Assembly: GCA_028282585.1 (NCBI GenBank)
Contig: JANQHR010000020.1
Coordinates: forward strand, 1-64,000
From: Bacteroidales bacterium
GTDB lineage: Bacteria > Bacteroidota > Bacteroidia > Bacteroidales > UBA12077
Length of the DNA: 64,000 nucleotides
Reading direction: 5' to 3'
Shown: positions 40,898-52,215 of the stretch, one piece after another
Layout of the letters: each line of letters begins with the position of its first letter
Numbering within the stretch: the stretch's first letter is position 1
Notes under the pieces: model-generated
Databases searched by the model: none
The model's input: the letters and a program-made list of their open reading frames with translations, nothing else
What the model was told of the DNA's origin: nothing
Position numbers and translations under genes: made by a program

Positions 40898-41905
40898 TTA
40901 TCGTGCAGAATTCTTTGATATCACACGAGGTACTTTATGCTCTGACAACATTAAATCAGCTAATACTATTGCCGTTACGGCTTCTAATACTACAGGTACT
41001 CTTAAAGCTATACATGCATCATGCCTACCTCGTACTATTAATTCTTCCTGTTGACCTGTATTTAAATTAACTGTTTTTTGTGTTTTAGATATACTTGATG
41101 TAGGTTTTACTGCAACTCGGAAAATTAATGGATTTCCATTGGTAATTCCACCATTAATTCCACCCGCAAAATTAGTTATTGTTTTACCCGTTGTATCTAT
41201 TAACTGATCATTATGCTCGCTTCCAAACATTTTCGCCGCACTAAATCCTGATCCAAACTCTATTCCTTTAATGGCTGGAATCGAAAAAACAATATGACCT
41301 AAAAGAGATTCTACAGAATCAAAAAATGGTTCACCCAATCCAATCCAAATATTCTCGGCTTTACATTCAACTATACCACCTATTGAATCTTTATTTTTAA
41401 TTGCATTATCAATTGCTTTTTCAACATCTAATTCACCTCCTGCCTCAATCAAACTTGCCTGAATATGGACAGGATGTATCAATTTCTTTGCTATGATCCC
41501 GGCTGCAACTAACCCTAAAGTTAACCTACCTGAAAAATGTCCTCCTCCTCTAAAATCATTAAATCCTCCAAATTTCATTTTAGCAGTAAAATCAGCATGT
41601 CCAGGACGTGGAAAATTGAATAAATCTTTATAGTCCTCTGATTTTGTATTTTTATTATAAAATGAAATTAATATTGGTGCTCCTGTTGTATATCCATTAA
41701 ATATACCAGACTCTATGTTCGGCAGGTCATCTTCTATTCTTGGTGTTGTTCCTTTTGCTCCACTTTTTCTGCGTAATAAATCATCCATAAAGTCCTCTTT
41801 AGATAAAAGCAATCCTGCCGGGCAACCATCAATTAAAACACCTACCTGTTTACCATGTGATTCTCCAAAAATGTTAACTCTAAATAATCTTCCGAATGAA
41901 TTCAT
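40898..41905 (-). CDS. aroC: Chorismate synthase
   Basis: GESHG, RPGHAD, GGGHFSGR, GGINGGITNG, KPTSSI, GRHDAC. Confidence 0.95.
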   Translation of the reverse strand: MNSFGRLFRVNIFGESHGKQVGVLIDGCPAGLLLSKEDFMDDLLRRKSGAKGTTPRIEDDLPNIESGIFNGYTTGAPILISFYNKNTKSEDYKDLFNFPRPGHADFTAKMKFGGFNDFRGGGHFSGRLTLGLVAAGIIAKKLIHPVHIQASLIEAGGELDVEKAIDNAIKNKDSIGGIVECKAENIWIGLGEPFFDSVESLLGHIVFSIPAIKGIEFGSGFSAAKMFGSEHNDQLIDTTGKTITNFAGGINGGITNGNPLIFRVAVKPTSSISKTQKTVNLNTGQQEELIVRGRHDACIALRVPVVLEAVTAIVLADLMLSEHKVPRVISKNSAR

Positions 41906-41965
41906 ACTTTGTTTTGTTTCAGGAAATGAAAATAGTGATTATTGGAAGACAATCAAAATCCAGTT

Positions 41966-43834
41966 TTAAACAAACTCACTTAATTTTAACCAACGATCCG
42001 ATTTCTCATCTAAAAGCTTAATGATTTCTCCAACACGATTTGACTTTTCCATTAAACTATCTGTAGAGAGTGTACCACTAGATATTTCATTTTCCAGGCT
42101 AGCTTTTTCGTTTTCCAACTTTGCAATATCTTTTTCCAATTGTTCAAACTCTCTTTTTTCATTAAAGGAAAGTTTTGTTTTAGGCTTTTCCTGTTTTTGT
42201 TTATAAAAAGTGCGGTTTCCTTTTTCTAACTTAGATTTTTGAGATTCTTTTTCTGCCTTATTTACCCATTCTCGATAATGAGAATAATTTCCCGGAAAAT
42301 CTTTAATATCCCCATCTCCCCTAAAAACAAATAAATGGTCAACTACCTGATCCATAAAGAATCTGTCATGCGAAACTATTATTACACATCCATCAAACGT
42401 AGATAGGTATTCTTCTAAAACTCCTAGTGTCATAATATCCAAATCGTTAGTAGGTTCATCCAGAATTAAAAAGTTTGGTTTTCGCATTAGTACCGTTACC
42501 AAATATAACCTCCGTTTCTCTCCTCCGCTCAATTTAGATATAGGCGTATAATGCATATCAAAGGGAAAAAGAAAGAAATTCAAAAATTCCTTCACTCCCA
42601 TTTGTCTCCCATCGCCTAAAGAAACAACTTCTGCTATTTCCTGAACTACATCAATAACTTTTTGATCAGGTTTAAATTGGATCCCTTCTTGCTTATAGTA
42701 TCCAAATACAATGGTTTGTCCAACATCTATTATTCCTGAATCGGGAGATAAGTTCCCTGTTATAAGGTTTAAAAAGGTAGATTTACCTGCACCATTATCT
42801 CCAACAATACCTATTTTCTCACCACGTGTAAAATTGTAATTGAAGTTTTTTAGTGCCACATAATCTCCAAAAGTTTTAGTAAGGTCTTTTATCTCAACTA
42901 TTTTCTTGCCCATTCTAGAAGACTGAACATTAATTTTCATTTCTTCCTCTGTTCGCCCACCTGCAGCAATATCTTTTAACTGATAATAATTATCTATTCT
43001 ATATTTTGCTTTATGACTTCTCGCTTTAGGCATTCTGCGCATCCAATCTTCTTCTTTTCTTAAACTGTTTTTTGCTTTCTCTACTTGAGCCTCTTCGTTA
43101 TGCAAACGTTCCTCTCTTTTTTTCATGAAATAAGAATAATTCCCTTTGTACTGATGTATTTTAGAATTATCCATTTCTATAATCTCATTACAAACCCTAT
43201 CCAGAAAATAACGGTCGTGCGTTACCATTAATAAAGTTGATCTGGTACTTTTAAGATAATTTTCCAACCATTCAATCATTTCCAGATCTAAGTGGTTAGT
43301 AGGTTCATCCAATAATAGTAAATCCGGCTCATCAATTAATATTGAAGCCAAGGCTACTCTTTTCTTTTCTCCACCTGAAAGAGTTGAGATCTGCCGATCA
43401 TATTTATCGATTTTTAGTTTTGATAAGATCTGCTTTACTTTAACCTCGTAATCCCATGCCTGTGAATGCTCCATTTTCTCCATTGCAGAAGTTAAAAGAT
43501 CTTTATTATTTAAACTTATGGCTTTATTATATTCAAGAATTGCATTTTTAATTTCGGAAGAGGAATGAAAAACCTCATCTATAACATTGTTATTTAAATT
43601 CAGCTCTGGGTTTTGTTCTAAAAATCCAATCTTTATATCCTTTCGAAAGGTTATTTTTCCCTTATCCTGATTATCTTTTCCGGCTATAATATTGAGCAGA
43701 GATGTTTTCCCGGTTCCGTTCTTGGCAACCAATGCAACTTTTTGATCTTTATCAATTCCAAATGTAACCCCTTCGAAAAGAACCAAGTCTCCAAAAGATT
43801 TTTTTAATTCCTCAACTTGCAAATAACTTATCAT
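41966..43834 (-). CDS. ABC-F family ATPase (Uup-like)
   Basis: Two ABC domains (NGTGKT/LSGGE/DEPTNHLD; NGAGKS/LSGGE/DEPTNDLD), no TM, C-terminal KLSFNEKRE coiled coil. Confidence 0.9.
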   Translation of the reverse strand: MISYLQVEELKKSFGDLVLFEGVTFGIDKDQKVALVAKNGTGKTSLLNIIAGKDNQDKGKITFRKDIKIGFLEQNPELNLNNNVIDEVFHSSSEIKNAILEYNKAISLNNKDLLTSAMEKMEHSQAWDYEVKVKQILSKLKIDKYDRQISTLSGGEKKRVALASILIDEPDLLLLDEPTNHLDLEMIEWLENYLKSTRSTLLMVTHDRYFLDRVCNEIIEMDNSKIHQYKGNYSYFMKKREERLHNEEAQVEKAKNSLRKEEDWMRRMPKARSHKAKYRIDNYYQLKDIAAGGRTEEEMKINVQSSRMGKKIVEIKDLTKTFGDYVALKNFNYNFTRGEKIGIVGDNGAGKSTFLNLITGNLSPDSGIIDVGQTIVFGYYKQEGIQFKPDQKVIDVVQEIAEVVSLGDGRQMGVKEFLNFFLFPFDMHYTPISKLSGGEKRRLYLVTVLMRKPNFLILDEPTNDLDIMTLGVLEEYLSTFDGCVIIVSHDRFFMDQVVDHLFVFRGDGDIKDFPGNYSHYREWVNKAEKESQKSKLEKGNRTFYKQKQEKPKTKLSFNEKREFEQLEKDIAKLENEKASLENEISSGTLSTDSLMEKSNRVGEIIKLLDEKSDRWLKLSEFV

Positions 43835-43954
43835 ATATAGGTTTAAATTTATTTATGCAAATGAAGACACTTTAATCAAATTAATAACAAAAAAATATGT
43901 TTATTTTTGTTATTAATTCAATTCGCCAAATTTTTCAATTTTAATTGAGTAGAA

Positions 43955-45916
43955 ATGCTATATATTTTAAAGATTTTAACAATTATTTTCTTTTTTTTTA
44001 ATATTAATAAGTTTTCGCAAATAAACGATACAATTCAGAATTATAAAAAAATTGATTTAATTGATCAAAATCTTGAACTGGTGAAAAAAAACAAAAATCA
44101 CCAAACAGACAGTTTCCTTAATATAGCAAAAAATACACTTTCATTGTCTCAAGAAATTAATTATACTGATGGTATTTTAAAGAGCTATCAGTACATTGCC
44201 GATATTTATAAAATACAAAATGCTAGTGATAGTGCGATTTTATATTATGAAAGGGGACTTGATAAAGCAAAAAATAATAATAACTACGACCAACTTGCCA
44301 TTTATCATTGGAATCTTGCTAATATATACAGAATTACCGGTAATTATGGTCAGGCTTTAAAAAATAGTCTGAATTGTAAAGCACTTGTGGAAAACGGAAA
44401 GACCAAAAACTATAAATTTCAGGTGTACAATTTACTTGCGCTAAGTTATCAAACACTAATGGAATATGAACTTGCATTAGCTAACTATGAAAAATCTGCA
44501 AATTTAGCTCAAGAATATGGAAATGAAGCCTATGCCGGCGTTATATATGCAAACATTGGAAAATTATATTACGACCAGGATAGTTTAGAAAAAGCTTTGG
44601 AGTATTTCGAAAAGGGTATCGAACTTGAAGAAAAACATGGATTATTGGGGAACGTTGGAAATTCATATACAATTGTAGGTAGAATTTACCTAAAGTTAAA
44701 TTTATTGGATTCAGCAAGGTATTATTTAGAAAAAGCTAACGATTACAACGAACAGGCAAAAAATGAGTTGGGTTTAGCAAATACGCTAATTTCAATAAGT
44801 GAATACTTTTATTTAAATAATGATCTCGATATTGCCATGTTACATATTGAAGAATCCATTAAAATTGCACAAAAACTAAACTTAAGTGCTATATTAAAGA
44901 AAGCATATCTTTTAAAGTCTAGAATTTATGCAAAACAAAAGAACTATGAAAAAGCTTATTTTAACTTTATGAGTTTTTTTGAAATACATAGTTCAATGTA
45001 TGATGTAGAAAAGATAAACCAGGCAAAAGCTATCGAGCAAAAATTAATTCAACAGGAAAAAGAAAATGAATTGGTAGAATTGGAACTAGAAAAACATAGA
45101 ACAATAAATACGTTATTAATACTTTTAATAACATTTATAGTAATAGTAGGAATTATTATTCTGCTTTACTTATTTAGGTTCAGAAAACTAAATATGGATC
45201 TCAAAATATCAAAAGAAAAAGCTGAGGAATCTGATAAACTAAAAAGTAGATTCTTACAGACCATTTCCCATGAAATTCGAACACCCTTAAATGGTATTAT
45301 CGGTTTTTCTGAAATGATGCGTACAAATAGTATCAGTAATGATGAGATGAACCAAATTAATGATATGATAAATAAAAATAGCGATGACCTCATATCTACA
45401 ATTGAAAATTTTGTTGACATTGCTCATTTATCAACAAATCAGTATGAAATTAGAAAATCTAATTTTTATTTGATTCCATTATTAGAAAGTATTATAAGCC
45501 TTGCCGAGGAAAATGTAATATATAGAAATAAAGTAAATCTTGAATTAAAACTTAAAAAAAGTATTGATGTAGAATTATATACTGACAAAAACATTATTCA
45601 AAAAATTATATTGCATTTAGTAAAAAATGCCATTTTATATACTGAAACAGGCTCAGTTACTGTTGGCTATAAAAAAGAAAAGTCAAACATTATACTATTT
45701 GTAAAAGATACTGGTATTGGAATTTCTAAAGAAAAGATCGACATAATCTTTTCTCCTTTCCAGCAAGCAGATGAAATGATTAACATTAAAGTTGGAGGAA
45801 CCGGGTTAGGACTTACAATTGTTAATGGTTTAATCCAAATACTCGGAGGTAAAATTTGGGTGGGTTCTGAATTAAAAAAGGGTAGTACATTTTATATATC
45901 GCTTCCATTAAATTAA
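43955..45916 (+). CDS. TPR-sensor histidine kinase
   Basis: TPRs, TM, KSRFLQTISHEIRTPLNGI, DTGIG, GTGLGL. Confidence 0.88.
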   Translation: MLYILKILTIIFFFFNINKFSQINDTIQNYKKIDLIDQNLELVKKNKNHQTDSFLNIAKNTLSLSQEINYTDGILKSYQYIADIYKIQNASDSAILYYERGLDKAKNNNNYDQLAIYHWNLANIYRITGNYGQALKNSLNCKALVENGKTKNYKFQVYNLLALSYQTLMEYELALANYEKSANLAQEYGNEAYAGVIYANIGKLYYDQDSLEKALEYFEKGIELEEKHGLLGNVGNSYTIVGRIYLKLNLLDSARYYLEKANDYNEQAKNELGLANTLISISEYFYLNNDLDIAMLHIEESIKIAQKLNLSAILKKAYLLKSRIYAKQKNYEKAYFNFMSFFEIHSSMYDVEKINQAKAIEQKLIQQEKENELVELELEKHRTINTLLILLITFIVIVGIIILLYLFRFRKLNMDLKISKEKAEESDKLKSRFLQTISHEIRTPLNGIIGFSEMMRTNSISNDEMNQINDMINKNSDDLISTIENFVDIAHLSTNQYEIRKSNFYLIPLLESIISLAEENVIYRNKVNLELKLKKSIDVELYTDKNIIQKIILHLVKNAILYTETGSVTVGYKKEKSNIILFVKDTGIGISKEKIDIIFSPFQQADEMINIKVGGTGLGLTIVNGLIQILGGKIWVGSELKKGSTFYISLPLN

Positions 45917-45950
45917 TTTTTATTTTTGATCTTTATTTAAATGCTTCTTT

Positions 45951-46595
45951 ATGACTAAAAAAGAACGATTCGAATATATTATAGAATATTTCAAAAAGGA
46001 GAAACCTATAGCCGAAACCGAATTAGATTACGGAACTCCCTTCGAGCTTTTAGTAGCTGTTATTTTAAGCGCTCAATGTACCGATAAAAGAGTAAACATG
46101 ATTACTCCTGCCCTTTTGGAAAGATTCCCGACCGCATATGAAATGTCTCATGCTTCGATTGATGAAGTATTCGAATATATCAAATCGTGCTCTTATCCTA
46201 ATAACAAAGCTAAACATTTGGTAGGTATGTCTAAAATGTTAGTAGAAGATTTTAAAGAAGTTGTTCCGGATGATATTAATGAATTACAAAAGTTACCAGG
46301 CGTTGGTCGGAAAACAGCAAACGTAATAGCATCGGTGGTATATAACAAACCAACTTTAGCTGTTGATACGCATGTACATAGAGTTTCTGCGCGAATTGGA
46401 CTTACAACCAATGCAAAAACTCCATTTGAAACAGAAAAACAACTTATAAAATATATTCCGGAAGACTTAATTCCAATCGCTCACCATTGGCTTATTCTGC
46501 ATGGACGATACATTTGCATTGCGCGTAAACCTAAATGCGAAAGTTGCGGTATTAGAAAATATTGTAAATATTATAATAAAATAAAGAAGGCTTAA
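45951..46595 (+). CDS. nth: Endonuclease III
   Basis: LSAQCTD, LPGVGRKTA, AVDTHV, C-x6-C-x2-C-x5-C Fe-S motif. Confidence 0.95.
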   Translation: MTKKERFEYIIEYFKKEKPIAETELDYGTPFELLVAVILSAQCTDKRVNMITPALLERFPTAYEMSHASIDEVFEYIKSCSYPNNKAKHLVGMSKMLVEDFKEVVPDDINELQKLPGVGRKTANVIASVVYNKPTLAVDTHVHRVSARIGLTTNAKTPFETEKQLIKYIPEDLIPIAHHWLILHGRYICIARKPKCESCGIRKYCKYYNKIKKA

Positions 46596-47149
46596 TTCCA
46601 GTTAAATACAATCTCTGTTGCGGAATCATTCTTAGTTAGAGTTTTTTGTATTGTGTAGGTTACTCTCTTGCAGTTTGCCAATTCAAGGGCTCTTTGATAC
46701 CATGAGCCTATTCTGTGTTCAAGAGCCTCATTCATTTTATCAAACCTTAAAATAGTTAGAACAACCGATTTATTTCCATTCTCTGCAACATTAATTTTGC
46801 ATGGCTTGTAAAAGGTTTTCATAATTTTACTGGCACGTCTCATTAAAAACTGAGGTGAGGCCACCAATAAAAATACTTTATATACACCCTTTAAGGCATA
46901 ATCTGCACTAAACCTACCTATGGCTTTTCCACCTTCAACGGAGTTACCTTTATAAAACATTGAAATAATATTTTCTAATGGCTGAATATAAGCTTCTTGA
47001 ATTGGGAACCAACCGGTAAACTCTACATTAAAAGTATATAGTTCCTTCGATTTTAGCGGCAAATTTTCAATCCAAGTACTGTATTCCGATTCAAAATGCG
47101 ATTTTACAAACTCCTTAGTTGTTTTAATTCCTGTACCTTTTACTTGCAT
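46592..47149 (-). CDS. Hypothetical protein (possibly DUF2378/TIGR02265-like)
   Basis: Start set at ATG 47149 (MQVKGTG). Pattern GWFP, GRFSA..ALKGVYK.F, P.F.M.RA recalled from memory, not verified. Confidence 0.5.
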   Translation of the reverse strand: MQVKGTGIKTTKEFVKSHFESEYSTWIENLPLKSKELYTFNVEFTGWFPIQEAYIQPLENIISMFYKGNSVEGGKAIGRFSADYALKGVYKVFLLVASPQFLMRRASKIMKTFYKPCKINVAENGNKSVVLTILRFDKMNEALEHRIGSWYQRALELANCKRVTYTIQKTLTKNDSATEIVFNWN

Positions 47150-47211
47150 AAGTAGATATTTATGGAGTTTAACATAAAGATATTTACTTATACACATTTT
47201 AACAACTAAAA

Positions 47212-49614
47212 TCATTCATATTTTAATACATCCGCTGGTTTGGTATTAGAAACTTTGATTGATTGATATAGAATTGTTATAAGAGTTATAATTAAAAGAA
47301 TAATTCCTGAAACCAAGAAAATAAATAAGCTTAGGTCAATTTTATATGCAAAATTATTCAGCCAACCTTTCATAAAATAATACGCAGCCGGCCAGGCAAA
47401 AACACATGCTATAATTACCAGTTTAAAAAACCGTTTAGTAACAAGAAAAATAATCGAAAAAACCGAAGACCCCAATGCTTTTCGAATCCCTATTTCCTTT
47501 GTTCTTTGAACCATCATGTAAGAAACTAACCCATACAATCCTAAACAAGCTATAACAACGGCAATAAGGGTAAAAGTTTTTATAATCTGAGATGTCCTTT
47601 GTTCATTACTATATCGATTCTGAATTGAGTCTTCCAGTATTTCAGAAGAATATATATATTCAGGGTAAATCTGGTTCCAACAATCCTTAATAAAGCTATT
47701 TAATTCAGAATAAGGTTTTCCATTAGACCTAACGTGCACCTGGGAGAAAAAATCCTCATATGGTAAAAATATCACAGGTGGAATTTCTCTATGCAAGGTA
47801 TAAGTATGAAAGTCTTCTACTACTCCGGAAATCCTTCCATACACCGAGCCAAAAATGTATAAATATTGGTCAATAGCATCAAATGGCCGTTCTATTCCAA
47901 TTTTTTTCACCAGATTCTTGTTTACAACAATATTATAAACAGTGTCATTTAAGCTTGCTGTACTATACCAATCTCCTGCAACTAGTTTTAAATCATATAA
48001 CTTAAAATAACTGGTATCAACAGTTTTAATATTTGCATGAAAATTTGTTTCATAGTCTTCAATTCGTTGAAAGCTGGATGTAATATTAGAACCCGAAAGC
48101 GGAGCTCCAATTCCCGTTGAAACATTTCTAATTTCAGGATTACTCTTTAATAAACTAATAAAGGCATTAGCTTTTGATGCCTTAAAACCAGGCAAATCAA
48201 TCATTACGACGTTTTCTCTTTGAAATCCCATATCTTTGTTTCTTAAATAATCAATCTGAAGTGATATTACTAAAGAGCTTACTATTAAAATTTGAGAAAT
48301 AAAGAATTGTAAAAAAACCAATAAATTATACAATGATACAGATTTGGCTCTACCTAATTTCATATTATATCTTAGTGCCCTAATCGGATTGTATTTAGAA
48401 AGAACCATAGCCGGGTAAATGCCTGATAAAAAGGTTAATAAAACTAATACCATTAATAGAAATATAACAACAGAGAAATTACCATACATTTTCAACTCTG
48501 AACTACTTCCTAAAAAAGCGTTTATTTTATCTAAAACAACTTCGGTAAGAATTACTGAAACTACCTCTGCGATCAATATAATAAGAAAAGTTTCTCCTAA
48601 AAACTGTTTAATCAGCGTTAATCTGTTTGCGCCAAGAACTTTTCTTATTCCAACCTCCTTTGCCCTTTTAATTGTTTGTACTATCGAGAGGTTTGTAAAA
48701 TTTATAAATGCAATTAATAGGATAAACAATCCAACACTAACAAAAATCATTAACAGCTTTTTACTTGTAATATATGATCCATAAAAACTATTAAATCTAT
48801 CATCATAATGAATTTCACTTAATGGTTGTAACAAGTAAAATTCTATTTGTTCACCACCATCTTCATTCGGATTATGCCTTTCAAAAATCTCTTGTATCTT
48901 AAGCTCCATATCAGCTGCTTTTATACCTTCTTTCAATGTTATATAGGTACCAAAACCGGAAGAACGAGTACCCCAATTATCATATCCAAAATCAAAATAA
49001 TCTTCTTTTAAATTGTTAATAGATAACATTAAACGATACCTTATATGCGTGGTTTTAGGTGGATTTTTGATAATACCGTTTACGTTTAAACTAATAGAAT
49101 CATGTATTACAATCTCCTTATTTAGAGCCTCCTCATTAGATCCAAAAAACTTTTTTGCAATATCTTCAGTTATAAAAATGGTATTAGGATTATGTAAATC
49201 TTCAGGGTTACCAATAACAAATTCAACATCAAACACTTCGATAAAAGATGAGTCAACAAATAATACTCCATTTTCTAAATATTTATCGTTTTCTACCCTT
49301 AGCAAACTTTCATCTTGGAAATAAATCTGAGTAACATGATTGTGTCCGGTAAGTTCCGCTTTTAAAACACCACTTAGTGGATATGGAACTGTTTCATCCC
49401 AACTTTCCTCTCCATTTTGAATTTGTTTACTTATCGCTCTATATATTGAACCGTAATTGCTATGATGCTTATCAAACTTTAGTTCATTTGAAACAAATAG
49501 AAATATTATTAATACACAAGTAAGTGCTAAGGATAAACCAAAAATGTTAATAATTGAAAATACTTTGTTACGCGTAAGTATTCGAAATGCTATTTTAAAA
49601 TAATTTTTTATCAT
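47212..49614 (-). CDS. ABC transporter permease, MacB/FtsX type
   Basis: RAKEVGIRKVLGA, RTKEIGIRKALGS, PADVLKYE. Confidence 0.9.
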   Translation of the reverse strand: MIKNYFKIAFRILTRNKVFSIINIFGLSLALTCVLIIFLFVSNELKFDKHHSNYGSIYRAISKQIQNGEESWDETVPYPLSGVLKAELTGHNHVTQIYFQDESLLRVENDKYLENGVLFVDSSFIEVFDVEFVIGNPEDLHNPNTIFITEDIAKKFFGSNEEALNKEIVIHDSISLNVNGIIKNPPKTTHIRYRLMLSINNLKEDYFDFGYDNWGTRSSGFGTYITLKEGIKAADMELKIQEIFERHNPNEDGGEQIEFYLLQPLSEIHYDDRFNSFYGSYITSKKLLMIFVSVGLFILLIAFINFTNLSIVQTIKRAKEVGIRKVLGANRLTLIKQFLGETFLIILIAEVVSVILTEVVLDKINAFLGSSSELKMYGNFSVVIFLLMVLVLLTFLSGIYPAMVLSKYNPIRALRYNMKLGRAKSVSLYNLLVFLQFFISQILIVSSLVISLQIDYLRNKDMGFQRENVVMIDLPGFKASKANAFISLLKSNPEIRNVSTGIGAPLSGSNITSSFQRIEDYETNFHANIKTVDTSYFKLYDLKLVAGDWYSTASLNDTVYNIVVNKNLVKKIGIERPFDAIDQYLYIFGSVYGRISGVVEDFHTYTLHREIPPVIFLPYEDFFSQVHVRSNGKPYSELNSFIKDCWNQIYPEYIYSSEILEDSIQNRYSNEQRTSQIIKTFTLIAVVIACLGLYGLVSYMMVQRTKEIGIRKALGSSVFSIIFLVTKRFFKLVIIACVFAWPAAYYFMKGWLNNFAYKIDLSLFIFLVSGIILLIITLITILYQSIKVSNTKPADVLKYE

Positions 49615-49630
49615 GATTCTTAATGATTAT

Positions 49631-52006
49631 TTATTCGTATCGTAATGATTCTGCCGGATTGGTATTAGCAACTTTCATCGACTGAAAATACACTGTAATT
49701 AAAGCAATTAACCAGGATATTAATAAGGTGAAAATAAAAATACTAGGGCGAATTTCAATTCTATATTCAAAATCTCGTAACCATCTTTCAACAAACCACC
49801 AGCTTATCGGAATTGCAATTATGTTGGCTATAAATACCCAAACAGTAAAAGACTTAAGAAAGTCAAAAACAATATTCAAACTGGTTGATCCAAAAACCTT
49901 TTTAACTGCCACTTCTTTTGTTTTTTTCTTTACTATAATTGATGAAATTGCAAACAATCCCATGCTAGCAATTAAAATCGAAAGGATCGTAAATACGGCC
50001 ATTAATTTAAATAACCTTTCCTCAGATTCATATTGCTCTTGAAACTGTTGATCAAGAAAATAATATTCAAAATTACGAGATGCATCAACTTCTTTCCATT
50101 TCTTTTCCATGTATTTTAAAACCTCAGGAATATTTTTTCCACTAATACTTACGGTTAGATAATTGTGTATCCCATTACTTGATGGTCTGAAAGAATGAAT
50201 GATCGGTCCAACATTATCAGCTACCGAAAGAAAGTGATAGTTATTAACTACTCCAATAATTTTATATTCCTCCTTACCACCAAAGCTAATTGTTTTACCT
50301 ATAGGATCATCCCAACCAACTTGATTTAAAGCAGCCTTGTTTATAATTAAGGATTCTTCAATATCTGTAGGTAAATTTTCATCAAAATTTCTTCCATAAA
50401 TAAAATTAATATCAAATTCTTCGAAATATTTATCATCAATATAACATACTCGCATTCTCAAACGATCGCTTCGCTCCCAACCTTCGGGATAAACAAATGT
50501 GAACCACCAGGGCCAATTACCTGGCACGTGTGTAGAACTGCTGGCTGAAGAAACATCAGGGTTTTTCTTTAACTCTTGGCGAAATACTCCAATTTTTGTT
50601 AATGCATCATCCGAATCTTCAAAAAATTCCATATCAATGGGTATTATAACCTTATTCTCTTGTTCAAAACCTAAATCAGCATTTTTCATTAGTTTTATTT
50701 GATTCCACATAAAAATGGTACCTGAAATAAGTAATACAGAAATAGTAAACTGAAAAATAACCAAAAAACGCTGTACAACTCCTCCAGATTCTCCTTTGTT
50801 CATTTCACCCTGCAGTGCCTTTATTGGTCTTAAAGTAGCAATTGAATATGCGGGATAAACTCCTGATAATAGTCCGACAATTATTGCAAAAGGAATTAGG
50901 CCAATTAATATAAATAAATTTCTTTCCTGGTATAAACCAATATTTGCATCATACATTCTATTAATAATTGGTAATACTATTTCGGAAAATATTACACCTA
51001 AGATTAGCGCAGTTAAACTAACAATAACCGATTCAAAGATTAATTGCTTGAACAATTGCCCTTTTGAAGAGCCAATAGCTTTTCGTAAACCGGTTTCTCT
51101 AATTCGCTCCATAGATGAAGCTGTTTTTAAATTAGTAAAATTTAAGGCAGCAATCAATAAAATTGCAATAGCCACTCCTATAAGTATATAGGCATATTTA
51201 TCCCGTCCAGTAATTTCATTATGTAACTCAGTAAGAGGGGTCAACCTTAATTTCATGGTTTGATTTAACTCTTCATTCCAAATAGTTGTAATAAAAGCAG
51301 GAAATTTACTTTCTGTTTCGTTTGGTGTAATCGATTCATCTAATTCGATATAAGTATACAAAAATGAACCTCCCCAATCGTCTTTAAATTCTTCATAAGA
51401 TGGAACACTACTCAGAGGAATTACAATTTCCATGTACAAAGTACTGTTATCAGGTATATTTTTTATGATACCTTTTACGGTATAAGTTTTTCCATAATCA
51501 ATTCTAATTGTTTTACCCAGAGGATTACTATTTCCAAAAAGCTTAATTGCTTTATCTTCACTAAGGAATAAAGCATTTTGATCTGTAAAAATATCTTGAG
51601 GATCACCACTTTGTAAAGGAAATGTAAACATTGAGAATAAAGCAGGATCCGTATATGTTATTGCTTCTTCCAATTTATTTTCACCTACCTCAATAATTCC
51701 TACTCTATTATAATACCTAGTTGCATTTTTTATCTCAGGAATCTGCCTTAATAAAGCTTCAGCCATGGGAGTCCATGTATCACGCGTTATTTGCATTCCA
51801 CTTGGCAAATGTCTTTCTTTGTAAACCATAAAAATGTTATCGGCTTTTTCGTGGAATTTATCATATGACAGCTCATACCTGGCATATAAGATAAGTACAA
51901 TGCACGCACCCATCCCAATGGATAATCCGAGGAAATTTATTATGGATTGTGTTTTTCTTCTCAATAAGTGCCTAAATGATAACTTCAAATAGTTTTTAAA
52001 CATCAT
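49631..52006 (-). CDS. ABC transporter permease, MacB/FtsX type
   Basis: ELSYDKFH, RETGLRKAIGS, NPAESLRYE. Confidence 0.9.
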   Translation of the reverse strand: MMFKNYLKLSFRHLLRRKTQSIINFLGLSIGMGACIVLILYARYELSYDKFHEKADNIFMVYKERHLPSGMQITRDTWTPMAEALLRQIPEIKNATRYYNRVGIIEVGENKLEEAITYTDPALFSMFTFPLQSGDPQDIFTDQNALFLSEDKAIKLFGNSNPLGKTIRIDYGKTYTVKGIIKNIPDNSTLYMEIVIPLSSVPSYEEFKDDWGGSFLYTYIELDESITPNETESKFPAFITTIWNEELNQTMKLRLTPLTELHNEITGRDKYAYILIGVAIAILLIAALNFTNLKTASSMERIRETGLRKAIGSSKGQLFKQLIFESVIVSLTALILGVIFSEIVLPIINRMYDANIGLYQERNLFILIGLIPFAIIVGLLSGVYPAYSIATLRPIKALQGEMNKGESGGVVQRFLVIFQFTISVLLISGTIFMWNQIKLMKNADLGFEQENKVIIPIDMEFFEDSDDALTKIGVFRQELKKNPDVSSASSSTHVPGNWPWWFTFVYPEGWERSDRLRMRVCYIDDKYFEEFDINFIYGRNFDENLPTDIEESLIINKAALNQVGWDDPIGKTISFGGKEEYKIIGVVNNYHFLSVADNVGPIIHSFRPSSNGIHNYLTVSISGKNIPEVLKYMEKKWKEVDASRNFEYYFLDQQFQEQYESEERLFKLMAVFTILSILIASMGLFAISSIIVKKKTKEVAVKKVFGSTSLNIVFDFLKSFTVWVFIANIIAIPISWWFVERWLRDFEYRIEIRPSIFIFTLLISWLIALITVYFQSMKVANTNPAESLRYE

Positions 52007-52045
52007 ACTCTCCTTTCCTTATTTATTATACACGTGTTCCTATTA

Positions 52046-52061
52046 GCCAATTCTTATACCA
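52046..52061 (-). promoter_or_regulatory. Putative sigma54 promoter of the permease pair
   Basis: TGGTATA-AGAA-TTGG, with the same TGGTATA as at 14632. Confidence 0.6.
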
Positions 52062-52126
52062 TAAACATTAAAGTACTATAAAACAGAATCTTAAAGTCAA
52101 CACAACAAAATTGCATACATCAAAAT

Positions 52127-52165
52127 TGTTCCTGATTGAAACATTATGTGTTCCATAGTGAAACA
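52127..52165. promoter_or_regulatory. Tandem 17-bp palindromic boxes (putative enhancer-binding sites)
   Basis: TGTTCCTGATTGAAACA (52127) and TGTTCCATAGTGAAACA (52149), 22 bp apart. Confidence 0.7.
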
Positions 52166-52215
52166 TAGCAAATCATTTTTTGTACATTTACATTTCTAAT
52201 TTAACCGATTTTATA

